The position numbers were made by a program, and so were the translations under genes. 64,000 nucleotides of DNA from an uncultured Rivularia sp. (GTDB lineage Bacteria; Cyanobacteriota; Cyanobacteriia; Cyanobacteriales; Nostocaceae), in contig OY762007.1 in NCBI GenBank assembly GCA_963665115.1, forward strand, positions 2,624,001-2,688,000, in the 5' to 3' direction. Below are positions 1 to 10,465 of this stretch, in pieces. Position 1 is the first letter of the stretch, and each line of letters starts with the position of its first letter. Under the pieces are notes generated by a model. That model was not told the DNA's origin, ran no database searches, and was given only the letters and a program-made list of their open reading frames with translations.

Positions 1-203
1 TATTTGCGGTTTAATTGTCAATCTGTCAATTGGAATATAACTCTTATTCTGTATACTTCTGAAAATTGAGATAAATAAATATAGCCTTAAGTTTGTTATT
101 ACAAAATTTTCATTATATATCTAATTTTTTCAACTTCCAAAAAAAAGTCATATAGAATTATTTTTTAGGAAAATATTTTTTAAAATCGATTAATTAATAT
201 AAG

Positions 204-233
204 CTTTATCGTCTGTTAACACAATATTAAACT
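204..233 (+). promoter_or_regulatory. Putative Pho box (SphR/PhoB site)
   Basis: Three 8-mers at 11-bp period (CTTTATCG, GTTAACAC, ATTAAACT) resemble the cyanobacterial CTTAACCT-N3 repeat. The core TTAACACAATnTTAAACTT is shared with the promoter at 7507. Confidence 0.6.
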
Positions 234-416
234 TTAATTTCTAATCTAAGATTGGTAGCAAAAAAATACCTTAACAGTCACGCAATATCTAGCTATTCTC
301 AAAAGCACCATTAAAATACATATCTTTGGAGTCTCTTTTTGTAGAAGTTAGAGAGACAGAGTGGTTATTTGCGGCTATTAAATCGGTAGAAAATCATCAA
401 AAGGAAATATACTTCA

Positions 417-3269
417 ATGGCTGACGTTAAGTTAACAGGATTCGCATCGTTACCAGCCGATACTTTTGCGGAGGGTTCCCCAGCAGGTGCTGATATTTCT
501 GCAAATGGACGCACGGGGGGACCGTTTCCAGGACAGCCAGTTCAAGGTTTTAGTGGAGTACAGTTTGCACCGAATAATGACGGTTCTTACTGGTTTTTGT
601 CGGATAACGGTTTTGGCAATAAAAACAATAGTGCTGATTATCTATTGCGGATTTATCAGGTAAATCCCGATTTTCAGCAAGAAAACGCAGGGGATGGAAC
701 TGTTGAAGTTGAAGAGTTTATCCAACTTTCCGACCCCGATAATTTGATTCCTTTCGATATTGTTAACGAAGATTCTGGACAGCGTTTGTTAACTGGTGCT
801 GATTTCGATATCGAATCTTTTGTAATTGCCGATGATGGTTCGATTTGGGTAGGAGATGAATTCGGGCCGTTTTTACTTCACTTTGACTCCACGGGGAAGT
901 TGATTGAAGCACCGATTCCTACTCCGAATTTGGCAAGTGGGGAGGAACCATTAGTGCGATCGCCCCAAAATCCCGATGTACTTTTCAACACTCTAGATGG
1001 GAAACCACCGCTGGTTATAGCCCACCGTGGTGCTAGTGGAGAATTACCCGAACATACTTTAGCAGCTTACCGTCGTGCGATTACTCAAGGTGCTGATTTT
1101 ATCGAACCAGATTTAGTAATTACTAAAGATGGAGTGTTGATTGCGCGTCACGAACCAATTTTGGATGACACCACTAATATTGCTGAGGTGTTTGGCGAGG
1201 AGCGTAAATCTACAAAAAACCTTGATGGAGAAGAAGTTACAGCTTATTTTGCTGAAGATTTTACTTTAGAAGAAATCAAGCAGTTAAAAGCAGTTCAACC
1301 TCGGGATTTCCGCGATCAATCTTTTAACGGTGAATTTGAGATTCCTACTTTCCAAGAAGTTATCGAACTTGTACAAGAAGTAGAAGCGGAAACCGGGGAA
1401 AAAGTTGGGATTTATCCAGAGACGAAACATCCGACTTTCTTTGACGAACAAGGTTTGTCTTTGGAAGAACCTTTAATTACAACTTTGCAATCAACTGGTT
1501 TTACCGATCCAAGTAGAATCTTTATTCAGTCTTTTGAAGTTGCCAATCTGCTCGATTTACAAAATAATCTGCTTCCTGATGCTGGTTTGGATTTACCTTT
1601 AGTGCAGCTTTTCGGTGATGTCGAAGATGATTTTATCAACGAAAAAGGTGGTGGTTTCTCGGTACCTTACGATATTGTCGCTAATTTCAGCAACCCCGAT
1701 TTTGATGCAGCTGATGCAAAAGCTATTTACGGTGACTTTGTTAGTGTAGTTCCTGATTTTGGTAAAGATATTACGGGTGATGGTATTCCCGATACGACTT
1801 ATCAAGATTTAGCCACCAAGGAAATCTTTGATTACATCGGTGAAACTTACGCTGAAGGTGTGGGACCTTGGAAAAACAGTTTTGTGTTAAGAGAATCTAT
1901 AGATACTCCCGTCGATGCAGATGGTGATGGTAATGCAGAAATAACTACTCAATTAACCGGAGAAGTTCGCCCTTATGTAGAATGGGCGCATGATGCGGGA
2001 ATGCAGATTCATCCTTACACTTTACGAAATGAAGAACGTTATTTAACTTTAAACCCCGACGGTACGGTGCAAACTGCTGAAGGTGAATTTGAGCAGTTTA
2101 TTGAATTGGGTGTGGATGGTTTCTTTACTGATTTCCCCGAAAGCGGAAGAATTGCGGTTAATCAAGAAATAGTCCCTTCTAATCTTGCTTCATCTCGCGG
2201 TTTTGAAGGAATGGCTTTTAGTCCAGACCGCAAAACCTTATATCCTTTATTAGAAGGTGCGGTAGAAGGAGATCCAGATGATGCTTTGCGAATTTACAAA
2301 TTTGATGCGACATCCAGCAAGTATACTGACTTAGTTGGTTTCTATCAAACCTCAGTTCCCGGTCATGCAATTGGTGACTTTACCCCAATTAACGATTCGG
2401 AATTTTTGGTTATTGAAAGAGATGGTAAGCAAGGGGATGAAGCCGAGTTCAAGAAGATTTTCAAAGTTGATATTTCTAAAGTAGACGGAAACGGCTATGT
2501 AGAGAAATCAGAAGTCGCCGATTTGTTAAATATTCAAGACCCCAACGACCTCAACAACGACGGTGAAACAACTTTTACATTCCCCTTCGTCACCATCGAG
2601 GATGTTTTAGTTATCGACGAAAACACGATTTTGGTTGCTAACGATAATAATTATCCTTTCTCTACCGGACGCGATGAGGGTATCGATAACAATGAAGTCA
2701 TCCTCCTAGAGTTAGAGAAATCCTTAAATTTAGACCCTCTTTTGGGTAGAAGCGCGGTAGAGAGCGAAGAATCTAAACTTGTTGCGGGTACCGATGGTGA
2801 AGATTTATTCATCGCTGGAATCAACTTCGAGGGTGATAATAACAGCCTATTTGCTGGTGCTGGTAACGATGAGATTGATTTAGCTTTCGGTGGAAGCAAT
2901 AACCGAGTTGATGCTGGTAGCGGCGATGATATAGTTTACCTTGGCAATCAAAACCGCGTTCTTGGTGGTGAAGGAGACGATAAATTCTTTGCCTCCGGTG
3001 GTGATAATATCCTTTCTGGTGGTGACGGTTCAGACCAATTCTGGATTGTTAGCGGAGAGATTGTTGAAGCTGCAAATACCATTGTTGATTTTGAAATTGG
3101 TACGGATGTAATTGGTATTTTGGGTAGTGCTGGTTTGGGTATTGACTCAAGTTCTTTAAATCTGAATGAAATGGATGGTAATACTGAAATTAATTTCAAC
3201 GGTCAAACTTTGGCAATGCTTAATGGTGTGACTGGTTTGGATGTTGATAGCAGTATAGTATTTGCTTGA
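417..3269 (+). CDS. Phytase-like esterase with inserted glycerophosphodiester phosphodiesterase (GDPD) domain and RTX-type C-terminal tail
   Basis: Phytase-like motifs QGFSG, LSDNGFG, FDIES, GDEFGP, SRGFEG, NDNNYPFS flank a GDPD domain (IAHRGASG, PEHT, IEPD, GIYPETK, GFFTDFP). The C-terminus has GGxGxD repeats and ends in VFA. Confidence 0.85.
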   Translation: MADVKLTGFASLPADTFAEGSPAGADISANGRTGGPFPGQPVQGFSGVQFAPNNDGSYWFLSDNGFGNKNNSADYLLRIYQVNPDFQQENAGDGTVEVEEFIQLSDPDNLIPFDIVNEDSGQRLLTGADFDIESFVIADDGSIWVGDEFGPFLLHFDSTGKLIEAPIPTPNLASGEEPLVRSPQNPDVLFNTLDGKPPLVIAHRGASGELPEHTLAAYRRAITQGADFIEPDLVITKDGVLIARHEPILDDTTNIAEVFGEERKSTKNLDGEEVTAYFAEDFTLEEIKQLKAVQPRDFRDQSFNGEFEIPTFQEVIELVQEVEAETGEKVGIYPETKHPTFFDEQGLSLEEPLITTLQSTGFTDPSRIFIQSFEVANLLDLQNNLLPDAGLDLPLVQLFGDVEDDFINEKGGGFSVPYDIVANFSNPDFDAADAKAIYGDFVSVVPDFGKDITGDGIPDTTYQDLATKEIFDYIGETYAEGVGPWKNSFVLRESIDTPVDADGDGNAEITTQLTGEVRPYVEWAHDAGMQIHPYTLRNEERYLTLNPDGTVQTAEGEFEQFIELGVDGFFTDFPESGRIAVNQEIVPSNLASSRGFEGMAFSPDRKTLYPLLEGAVEGDPDDALRIYKFDATSSKYTDLVGFYQTSVPGHAIGDFTPINDSEFLVIERDGKQGDEAEFKKIFKVDISKVDGNGYVEKSEVADLLNIQDPNDLNNDGETTFTFPFVTIEDVLVIDENTILVANDNNYPFSTGRDEGIDNNEVILLELEKSLNLDPLLGRSAVESEESKLVAGTDGEDLFIAGINFEGDNNSLFAGAGNDEIDLAFGGSNNRVDAGSGDDIVYLGNQNRVLGGEGDDKFFASGGDNILSGGDGSDQFWIVSGEIVEAANTIVDFEIGTDVIGILGSAGLGIDSSSLNLNEMDGNTEINFNGQTLAMLNGVTGLDVDSSIVFA

Positions 3270-3304
3270 TTTTTGATAGATAGTTGTGTTGTCCGCGCAA
3301 TTAT

Positions 3305-3332
3305 GGAGACGTAGCACTGCTACGTCTCTACA
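3305..3332. repeat. REP-like palindrome GGAGACGTAGCACTGCTACGTCTCTACA (other copies 7159-7186, 10086-10113, 12862-12889, 45713-45740)
   Basis: Five near-identical hairpins, each just downstream of a stop codon, with a GTAG tetranucleotide at the stem foot on the minus strand. Confidence 0.85.
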
Positions 3333-3692
3333 CTGTGTACCTTCTATAAATAAACCAAAAACTAAAAGTAATATTTGATTGTTTTTTTCATATATATATA
3401 ATAGCTATATATATTTCATAATCACAAATTATAATTTATACGGCTATTTGATAAATGTTTCAATTATATAATAGTTAATTAAATTATAATGGCTCTTGTT
3501 TTTTTAATTAATTTTAAATCTAGCTCACATTCAACTGCTAAATAATCTTCAATCAACTACGCTTAACCGACTTTAAGTGCAATTGCACTATTTTTTATTG
3601 TTTTATTTATAAGATAATTTATTGCAATACTTTTAAAAATATTCCGAAAGTAAGAATAAATAAAAGCTATTTTCTAATATACAAAAACTATT

Positions 3693-3722
3693 TTTTACCA
3701 AAGCTTAACTAATATTTAACTC
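3693..3722 (+). promoter_or_regulatory. Putative Pho box
   Basis: TTTTACCA-aag-CTTAACTA-ata-TTTAACTC at 11-bp period, upstream of an alkaline phosphatase gene. Confidence 0.75.
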
Positions 3723-3845
3723 AATTATAAGTATTTAAAAACAATTTGTATATATCTTGGTAGTTGTAATCTAAACTGCATAAAGTTAGATTTTTTTTGC
3801 TTGACTAAATAAATAAAAAGCAACAGACATTTAATTATCAAAAAT

Positions 3846-6800
3846 ATGGCTAACAATAATCACGTTATTTTCGTTCATCCAGATGGAACCAGTCCATCTC
3901 ATTACGCTTTAGCACGGTTTGTTCAAGAAGGTCCCGACGGTAGATTGAATTGGGACAAATTGGAAAATGCTGGTGTTTACTTAGGTCACATGGAAGATCA
4001 GCTTGGTGCTACTTCCAATGGTGGTGCAGTTACCCACGCTACTGGGGCTAAAGTCTATGCAGAGTCTTTTGGTTTAGAAGAAGATGGTTCTGAAATTAAC
4101 CCGCTATCTGGTAATGTCGGTAAAACCATCGTTCAGGAAGCGGTAGATGCTGGTAAAGTCACAGCTTTGGTACAGTCTGGAGCAATTTACGAACCTGGTA
4201 CCGCTGCATTTGTGGCTCAGGTTGGTGAGACTATTGATGAAGATGGCGATCGCACTCCTCCCCGTGGAAGAACTGCTGATATTACTAAACAGGTAATCGA
4301 ATCTGGGGTTGATTTTATTCTCGGTGGTGGTGAAGTTACTCTTTTACCTGAAGGTACCGAGGGTTTTCACGGTAGTGCCGAAGAACTAGACGAACTTGGT
4401 TCCCGCTTGCAGCGTCCTGATGAGAACTTAATCGAATTAGCCAAGAACAATGGTTATACGGTAGTTTATACCGAGCAAGAACTCAACGATTTACTCGACT
4501 CTACTAAATACCCCGAAGCACCAACTAAAGTTCTGGGTGTATTTGCTCCCATCCATACCTTTAACGACCGTCCCGAAGAGGTTTTAGAGGAAAGGGGACT
4601 ACCTTTGTATCTCGAAACCGCTCCTACTATTGCTGAGATGCTCGATGTTACTCAGCAGTTAATGGAAAAGCATCCTAATTTTGATAATGGTTCCATCGCG
4701 ATTGTAGAGGAAGAAGGAACCGATAATTTTGGTAATAATAACAATGCTTCAGGAACTCTCGAAGCAATGATTCGGGGTGATGCAGCTATTGGAGAAGCTC
4801 TCGAATTTGTTGATAAATATTCCAATACCTTAGTAATAACTGCTGCTGATAGCGATGCGGGTGGCTTGGAAGTACGCGACCCCCGCGACCCCCGAAGAAC
4901 CTGTAGGAACCATCAACCAAAATCCGACCACCGAACCGCGTCGGGTTCCCCTCGACGGTGTAGATGGTGCCAATACTTTACCATTTACTGCCGCACCAGA
5001 TACGAATGGTGATGTATTTAACTTCGGTGTCGCTTGGGCTGGTACGCCAGATTTTCCCGGTTCGATTGTTGCCAAAGCATCAGGACTGAATGCAGATAAA
5101 CTCCCTTCCACGGCAGATAATACCGTGATTTATGAGTTGATGTATGAAACCTTATTCGACACCGAACTTGAATCCCGCATCCCCGCACCCACACTAGCTC
5201 CGGAAGCCACAAAAGATACTGGTAACGTCATCTTTATTCATCCCGACGGAACGAGTCCTTCCCATTACATGGCTTTGCGAAACATTGATGAAGGTCCAGA
5301 CGGACGAATTAACTGGGATAAAATGTCCAATTCTGGGGTGTACCTCGGACATATGGAAGACCAGTTAACGGGTACTTCTAATGGGGGTGCGGTGACTCAT
5401 GCTAACGGAGTTAAGGTATTTAACGAATCCTTTGGTTTAGATGAAAACAACAATCAGATAACTCCGGCTTCTGGTAAAACAGGTTTTACTATATTGGAAG
5501 AAGCGATTGCAGCCGGAAAATCCACAGCGTTGATTCAATCTGGAGACTTGGGAGAACCGGGAACCGCTGCTTTTGCTGCTGCAACTACTAACCGCGACGG
5601 TGACGATATCCGCGCTCGTGATAAAGCTGCTGAAATCATCGAGCAAGTAATCCGTTCGGGAACCGATGTGATTATGGGTGGTGGGGAGTTGTATATGCTA
5701 CCCATCGGTACCACAGGCTTCCACGTTACCGCAGAATTAGACGCTTCGGAAACTCGTCCCGAGCGTCGTCCCAGCACTAACTTGATTGAACTAGCTGAGT
5801 CTTTGGGTTACACGGTGGTGTATACCGAAGACCAAATGAATCAAGCAGTTAATAGCGATACTCCCCCCGAAAAGCTGCTTGGTGTCTTCGCTGCTGACGA
5901 TACTTTTAACGACCAAACGGAAGAAGAACTTGGTCTGAATACCGATACTCCTTTACCGCTTTACGTTGAAACAGCCCCCACCGTAGCCGAGATGCTCGAT
6001 GCATCTTTAACAATAATCGATAAAGACCCCGACGGTTTCTTTGCGGTAGTCGAGGAAGAAGGTACAGATAACTTCGGTAATAACAACAATGCCGTCGGTA
6101 CAATTGAAGCCATGCGTCGCGGAGATGCAGCGATTGGGGAAGCCATAGACTACATTGATAATCAAGACCCCAACACGCTTTTAGTTACCGCAGCAGACAG
6201 CGATGGTGGTGGGTTAGAGGTGTTTCAATACAAACCTTACGACCGTCCAGAAGGTAACTTCGATGATGAAAATCCGGAATTATCATCTCAGCCAGAAGTT
6301 CCGTTTATCAACGTTAATCCCACTACCGAAAGAGACACCGATAATTTCCTTGATGGTGTTGATGGAAGTACAGCAAGTGAAGATAATCCTTGGGTACCAT
6401 TTTCAGCAAAAGATAGTATCGATGGAGAAATGGGTGACTTTGGTGTCGCTTGGGCTGGAAACTCCCGACTTCCCCGGTAGCATTGTCGCTAAAACCTACG
6501 GAATGAATGCCGATAAATTATCCAGCACCGTAGATAATACCGGAATTTACGATATTATGTACGAAACTTTGTTCGGTGTTACACCCGAAGAAGCAGCATC
6601 ACAAGAAAAAGAAACAGAAACAAATCTAGTTTCTGGAACTCCAGATGGAGATATTCTAATTTCCGGTATCGATGGATTTGCTGGAAATGGAAGTACTGTT
6701 TTCGCTGGTGCTGGTAACGATGAAATTGATTTAGTATTCGGTGGTGGAACCAAAAACCGCGTTGATGCTGGAAGCGGTGATGATATAGTTTATCTAAGCA

Positions 6801-7123
6801 ATCAAAACCGAGTTCTTGGTGGTGCAGGTGATGATAAATTCTTTGCAACTGGTGGTGAAAATATCATCTCTGGTGGTACAGGTGCAGACCAATTCTGGAT
6901 TGTCAGCGGAGAAATTCCCGAAGCTGCAAATACCATTGTTGATTTTGAAATTGGTTCCGATGTAATTGGTATTTTGGGTAGTGCTGGTTTGGGAATTGAT
7001 GCGAGTACTTTGGAATTAACCGAAATGGATGGTAATACTAAAGTTGCTTTTGGGGAAAATACTTTAGCAATGATTAACGGTGTTACTGGTTTAGATATTG
7101 ATAGTAGCGTTGTATTTGCTTGA
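3846..7123 (+). CDS. Tandem two-domain atypical alkaline phosphatase with RTX tail (~1090 aa after correcting two +1 frameshifts near 4890 and 6460)
   Basis: ORFs 3846-5012, 4855-6480 and 6263-7123 join into two homologous PhoA-fold domains (HPDG, TSNGG, EEEGTDNFGN, AADSD, WAGTPDFPGS) plus an RTX tail. There is an extra C in a C5 run and an extra A in ggaaactccc. Confidence 0.8.
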
Positions 7124-7483
7124 TATTTGATAGATAGTTGCGTTGTCAGCGCAACTATGGAGACGTAGCACTGCTACGTCTCTACATCATTAATCATTTA
7201 ACGGGAAAAAAAGCAAATATCTATTACACAATTTATTACTAACATTGATTTGAAGCAAAATTATTGACTTTAATTATCAAATTAAAATCATCTATATCGA
7301 TATAATTTTTAAATTTCAACCTTTATTCATATCAAAAAATGTATGTAAATGTCAATATAACTATGGTTTTAAAAGCTTGCTCCACCTACATCTCAAACAT
7401 ATAGTGATTGAATTCATAACACAAAACGGCTCTTTTATTTAAAAATCATAAAAAAAAGTCAAATTCACCTTTTAATTTCATTA

Positions 7484-7524
7484 TTTAATCGAATATTTAT
7501 AATTAATTAACACAATCTTAAACT
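7484..7524 (+). promoter_or_regulatory. Putative Pho box
   Basis: TTTAATCG, ATTTATAA, ATTAACAC, CTTAAACT at 11-bp period. Confidence 0.6.
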
Positions 7525-7611
7525 TAAATTCATACCCTTAGATAGGTAATACTAATTAACTGTATTCCCACCTAATAATCTAGAAAAAATATACATAGGA
7601 ATTTACCTTAA

Positions 7612-10050
7612 ATGGCTAAGAACGTCATTATAATGATTGGCGACGGTATGGGCTGGGATATAGCTCGTGCAGCAGCAATTCAAAAACAAATTACTCAAGG
7701 TAAAACTGGTGCTACTCTCACCGATTTTTATACTGAAGGTAAGGGTAGTGGGTTAAGCTTCCAGGAATTAGATAATTACGCGATCGCAACAACCAGTGGA
7801 ACTTATATCGATGGTGATAAAAGTAATTCGGCATTAAAAGGTGATACTTTAGAGCGGGAAACTGGTGTTGCAGTTGTTCGTGAAGGATTTGAATCAGACA
7901 ATCTACCTGGTGAGGATGCGAATGGAGAATTTGATCCAGCCCAAGTAATCGGTTTTTTCCCCGAACTGCGTGAAGGTAGTATTGCGCCAATTTTGGGCGA
8001 ATTCGACCCCGGTTTTGATGAAAGACCTCTTTTTGCAAAAAACGAAGCAGGGGAATTAGTACAAGTTGGTGGATTTCTCAACGCTTACGATACTAGCAAA
8101 GGTCGGGATCTACCTTGGTTGAAAGATGAAGATCCTGACTATCCTAAAAACCTTTTCCCTGACTCTGCAAATACAGCAACTACTTTATATTCTGGAGTCA
8201 AAAGCTACTCCGGTGCGATTGGTGTTGATATTTATGAGGAAGATATTCAAACCATTGGTGAAAAAGCCAGAGAACAAGGTAAATCTTTTGGTGTTGTCAG
8301 TTCCGTTCCTTTCAACCACGCTACTCCTGCTTCTGCAATCGGGCACGTTAGTCAGCGCAACAAGCTAACCGAAACTTCCAGAGTAGAAAACTTTGAAGTT
8401 GTTCTGGATGAAAACGGTGTACCTCTCCACGAAGAACACGGTGACGGTAGTCATGAAGGTGAACCTGTATTTGAACTGGATGCAGATGGTAATCCCATTC
8501 CCGTTGAAGACGACAACATTCTTTACCAAATCCTCAACGAAACTCAACCTGAATTAGTTCTGGCTGGCGGACACCCCGACGGTCGTGGTGACGAACGCTA
8601 CATGGATTTGGAAACTCTAGAGCAACTCCGTAATGGTGAAACTGTTTACACTTTTACCGAGCGTGGTGAAAATGCTGCGGAGACTTTAGCAGAAGTTGCT
8701 TCAGAAATTGATGTTGAAGCAGGAGACAAATTATTTGGTCTTTATGGTGCTAGAGGGCAAGGTGGAAACCTTCCTTGGAGTACAGCCGATGGTGACTATA
8801 GTAATGCTGGTTTAAGCAGTCGTCTTGATGCAGTACGTCCTTTAGAAGAGGGAGAAACCGCAGAACAATTTATTGCTTCCGAGCAAGATGCAAATCCGAC
8901 TTTAGCTCAATTGACTGGCGCTGCTTTAGATGTTCTCGGAGATGACGAAGATGGTTTCTGGGTTTCCATCGAAGGTGGTGATATTGACTGGGCTGCTCAC
9001 GACAACAACCTAGACAATATGATCGGTGCAACTTTGAATTTTGCCGATTCAGTAGAAGTTGTTCAAGACTGGATTGCCGAAAATGGCGGTTATGAAGAGA
9101 ATTTACTTATCGTCACAGCCGATCACGACCACTATTTCACCCTTAACGAAGACTTCCCCGAACTATTACGAAAATATGGTGCAGAAGCTCTTACCACCTC
9201 AGTTGACGAGAACGGTAACGTTTTAGCTACCGAAGTTGACCAAGCTGGTGTAGCTTTAGAAGAACCACGAAAAGTTGATAACCTCGATCCAGATGCATCC
9301 GGACATTATTGGGGTAGCAATCCCGATGTCAAAGTCGGTTGGTCGCATCATACAACAATTCCCGTTCCCGTTTATTATCAAGGTGCGGGTAGCGAATATT
9401 TAGATAACTCTGTTGGTGAAGGCTTTGAGCAGTATGGCTTTGAAGTACCAGGAGTTGAAGGTTTAATCGACCAGGTTCATATCGCAGAAGCTCAATTCGC
9501 TGCTTTTGAAAATAGCACCACACCAACCCCAGATTCTGGTGGTAATAGCCCAAGCTTAGCTTCCGGAACCGCAGAAGCTGACATATTAATTGCAGGTATC
9601 GACTTCAAAGGAAATGGTGATACCGTTTTTGCTGGTGCTGGAGACGATGAAATTGATTTAGCCTTCGGTGGTGGAAGCAAAAACCGCGTTGATGCTGGAA
9701 GCGGTAATGATGTAATTTATTTGAGCAACCAAAACCGCGTAATTGGTGGTGAAGGTGACGATAAATTCTTTGCAACAGGTGGTGGTAATACTATTTCTGG
9801 TGGTGCAGGTGCAGACCAATTCTGGATTGTTAGCGGAGAAATTGTTGAATCTGCCAATACCATCGTTGATTTTGAAGCGGGTTCCGATGTAATTGGTATT
9901 TTGGGTAGTGCTGGTTTGGGAATTGATGCGAGTACTTTGGAATTAACCGAAATGGATGGTAGTACTAAAGTAGCATTTGGGGAAAATACTTTAGCAATGA
10001 TTAACGGTGTTACTGGTTTAGATATTGATAGTAGCGTTGTATTTGCTTGA
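7612..10050 (+). CDS. phoA: Alkaline phosphatase (PhoA family) with RTX tail
   Basis: Canonical motifs IGDGMG, PDSA, HATPA, EGGDIDWAAH, TADHDH and HTTIPVP, followed by a GGxGxD repeat tail. Confidence 0.85.
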   Translation: MAKNVIIMIGDGMGWDIARAAAIQKQITQGKTGATLTDFYTEGKGSGLSFQELDNYAIATTSGTYIDGDKSNSALKGDTLERETGVAVVREGFESDNLPGEDANGEFDPAQVIGFFPELREGSIAPILGEFDPGFDERPLFAKNEAGELVQVGGFLNAYDTSKGRDLPWLKDEDPDYPKNLFPDSANTATTLYSGVKSYSGAIGVDIYEEDIQTIGEKAREQGKSFGVVSSVPFNHATPASAIGHVSQRNKLTETSRVENFEVVLDENGVPLHEEHGDGSHEGEPVFELDADGNPIPVEDDNILYQILNETQPELVLAGGHPDGRGDERYMDLETLEQLRNGETVYTFTERGENAAETLAEVASEIDVEAGDKLFGLYGARGQGGNLPWSTADGDYSNAGLSSRLDAVRPLEEGETAEQFIASEQDANPTLAQLTGAALDVLGDDEDGFWVSIEGGDIDWAAHDNNLDNMIGATLNFADSVEVVQDWIAENGGYEENLLIVTADHDHYFTLNEDFPELLRKYGAEALTTSVDENGNVLATEVDQAGVALEEPRKVDNLDPDASGHYWGSNPDVKVGWSHHTTIPVPVYYQGAGSEYLDNSVGEGFEQYGFEVPGVEGLIDQVHIAEAQFAAFENSTTPTPDSGGNSPSLASGTAEADILIAGIDFKGNGDTVFAGAGDDEIDLAFGGGSKNRVDAGSGNDVIYLSNQNRVIGGEGDDKFFATGGGNTISGGAGADQFWIVSGEIVESANTIVDFEAGSDVIGILGSAGLGIDASTLELTEMDGSTKVAFGENTLAMINGVTGLDIDSSVVFA

Positions 10051-10120
10051 TATTTGATAGATAGTTGCGTTGTCAGCGCAACTATGGAGACGTAGCACTG
10101 CTACGTCTCTACATTATTTG

Positions 10121-10263
10121 GGTGTTGCTGAATTGAGATATGAATTTATTATTACTGTCTAATAGCAGCCCTCTAAATACCCCAATTTTGGTTCTATTTA
10201 AAATATATTTCTCCCCCAGAATTGGGGGTTGGGGGGCTGTTCATACTTTTAATCAGCAACGCC
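10121..10263. mobile_element. 143-bp MITE with 8-bp target-site duplication
   Basis: Imperfect 24-bp TIRs (GGTGTTGCTGAATTGAGATATGAA / TTCATACTTTTAATCAGCAACGCC) are flanked by ATTATTTG at 10113-10120 and 10264-10271. Confidence 0.8.
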
Positions 10264-10301
10264 ATTATTTGTAATAGAATTTGAAGAATAAATCTAAAAT
10301 A

Positions 10302-10434
10302 GTAGGTTGGGTAGAACGAAGGGAAACCCAACATCAGAATTGCGAGCAACAAGCAGAAATTTAATGTTGGGTTACGACGCATTTCTACACTTTCTTGAAG
10401 TATAAAAATTGTTTGTGCGTCTAACCCAACCTAC
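10302..10434. repeat. REP-like composite repeat GTAGGTTGGGT...ACCCAACCTAC (related partial copies ~12782-12860, 22353-22432, 23950-24028)
   Basis: Terminal inverted GTAGGTTGGGT/ACCCAACCTAC with internal AACCCAACA/TGTTGGGTT. Confidence 0.75.
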
Positions 10435-10465
10435 AAACTAATAATAGACTTTTAATTTTTTAATT

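Noticed and set aside
10194..10382. 62-aa ORF, and likewise the ORFs at 42472-42666, 29256-29462, 41251-41445 and 31945-32181
   Set aside because: They run through MITE/REP repeats or the structured non-coding element and are probably not coding.
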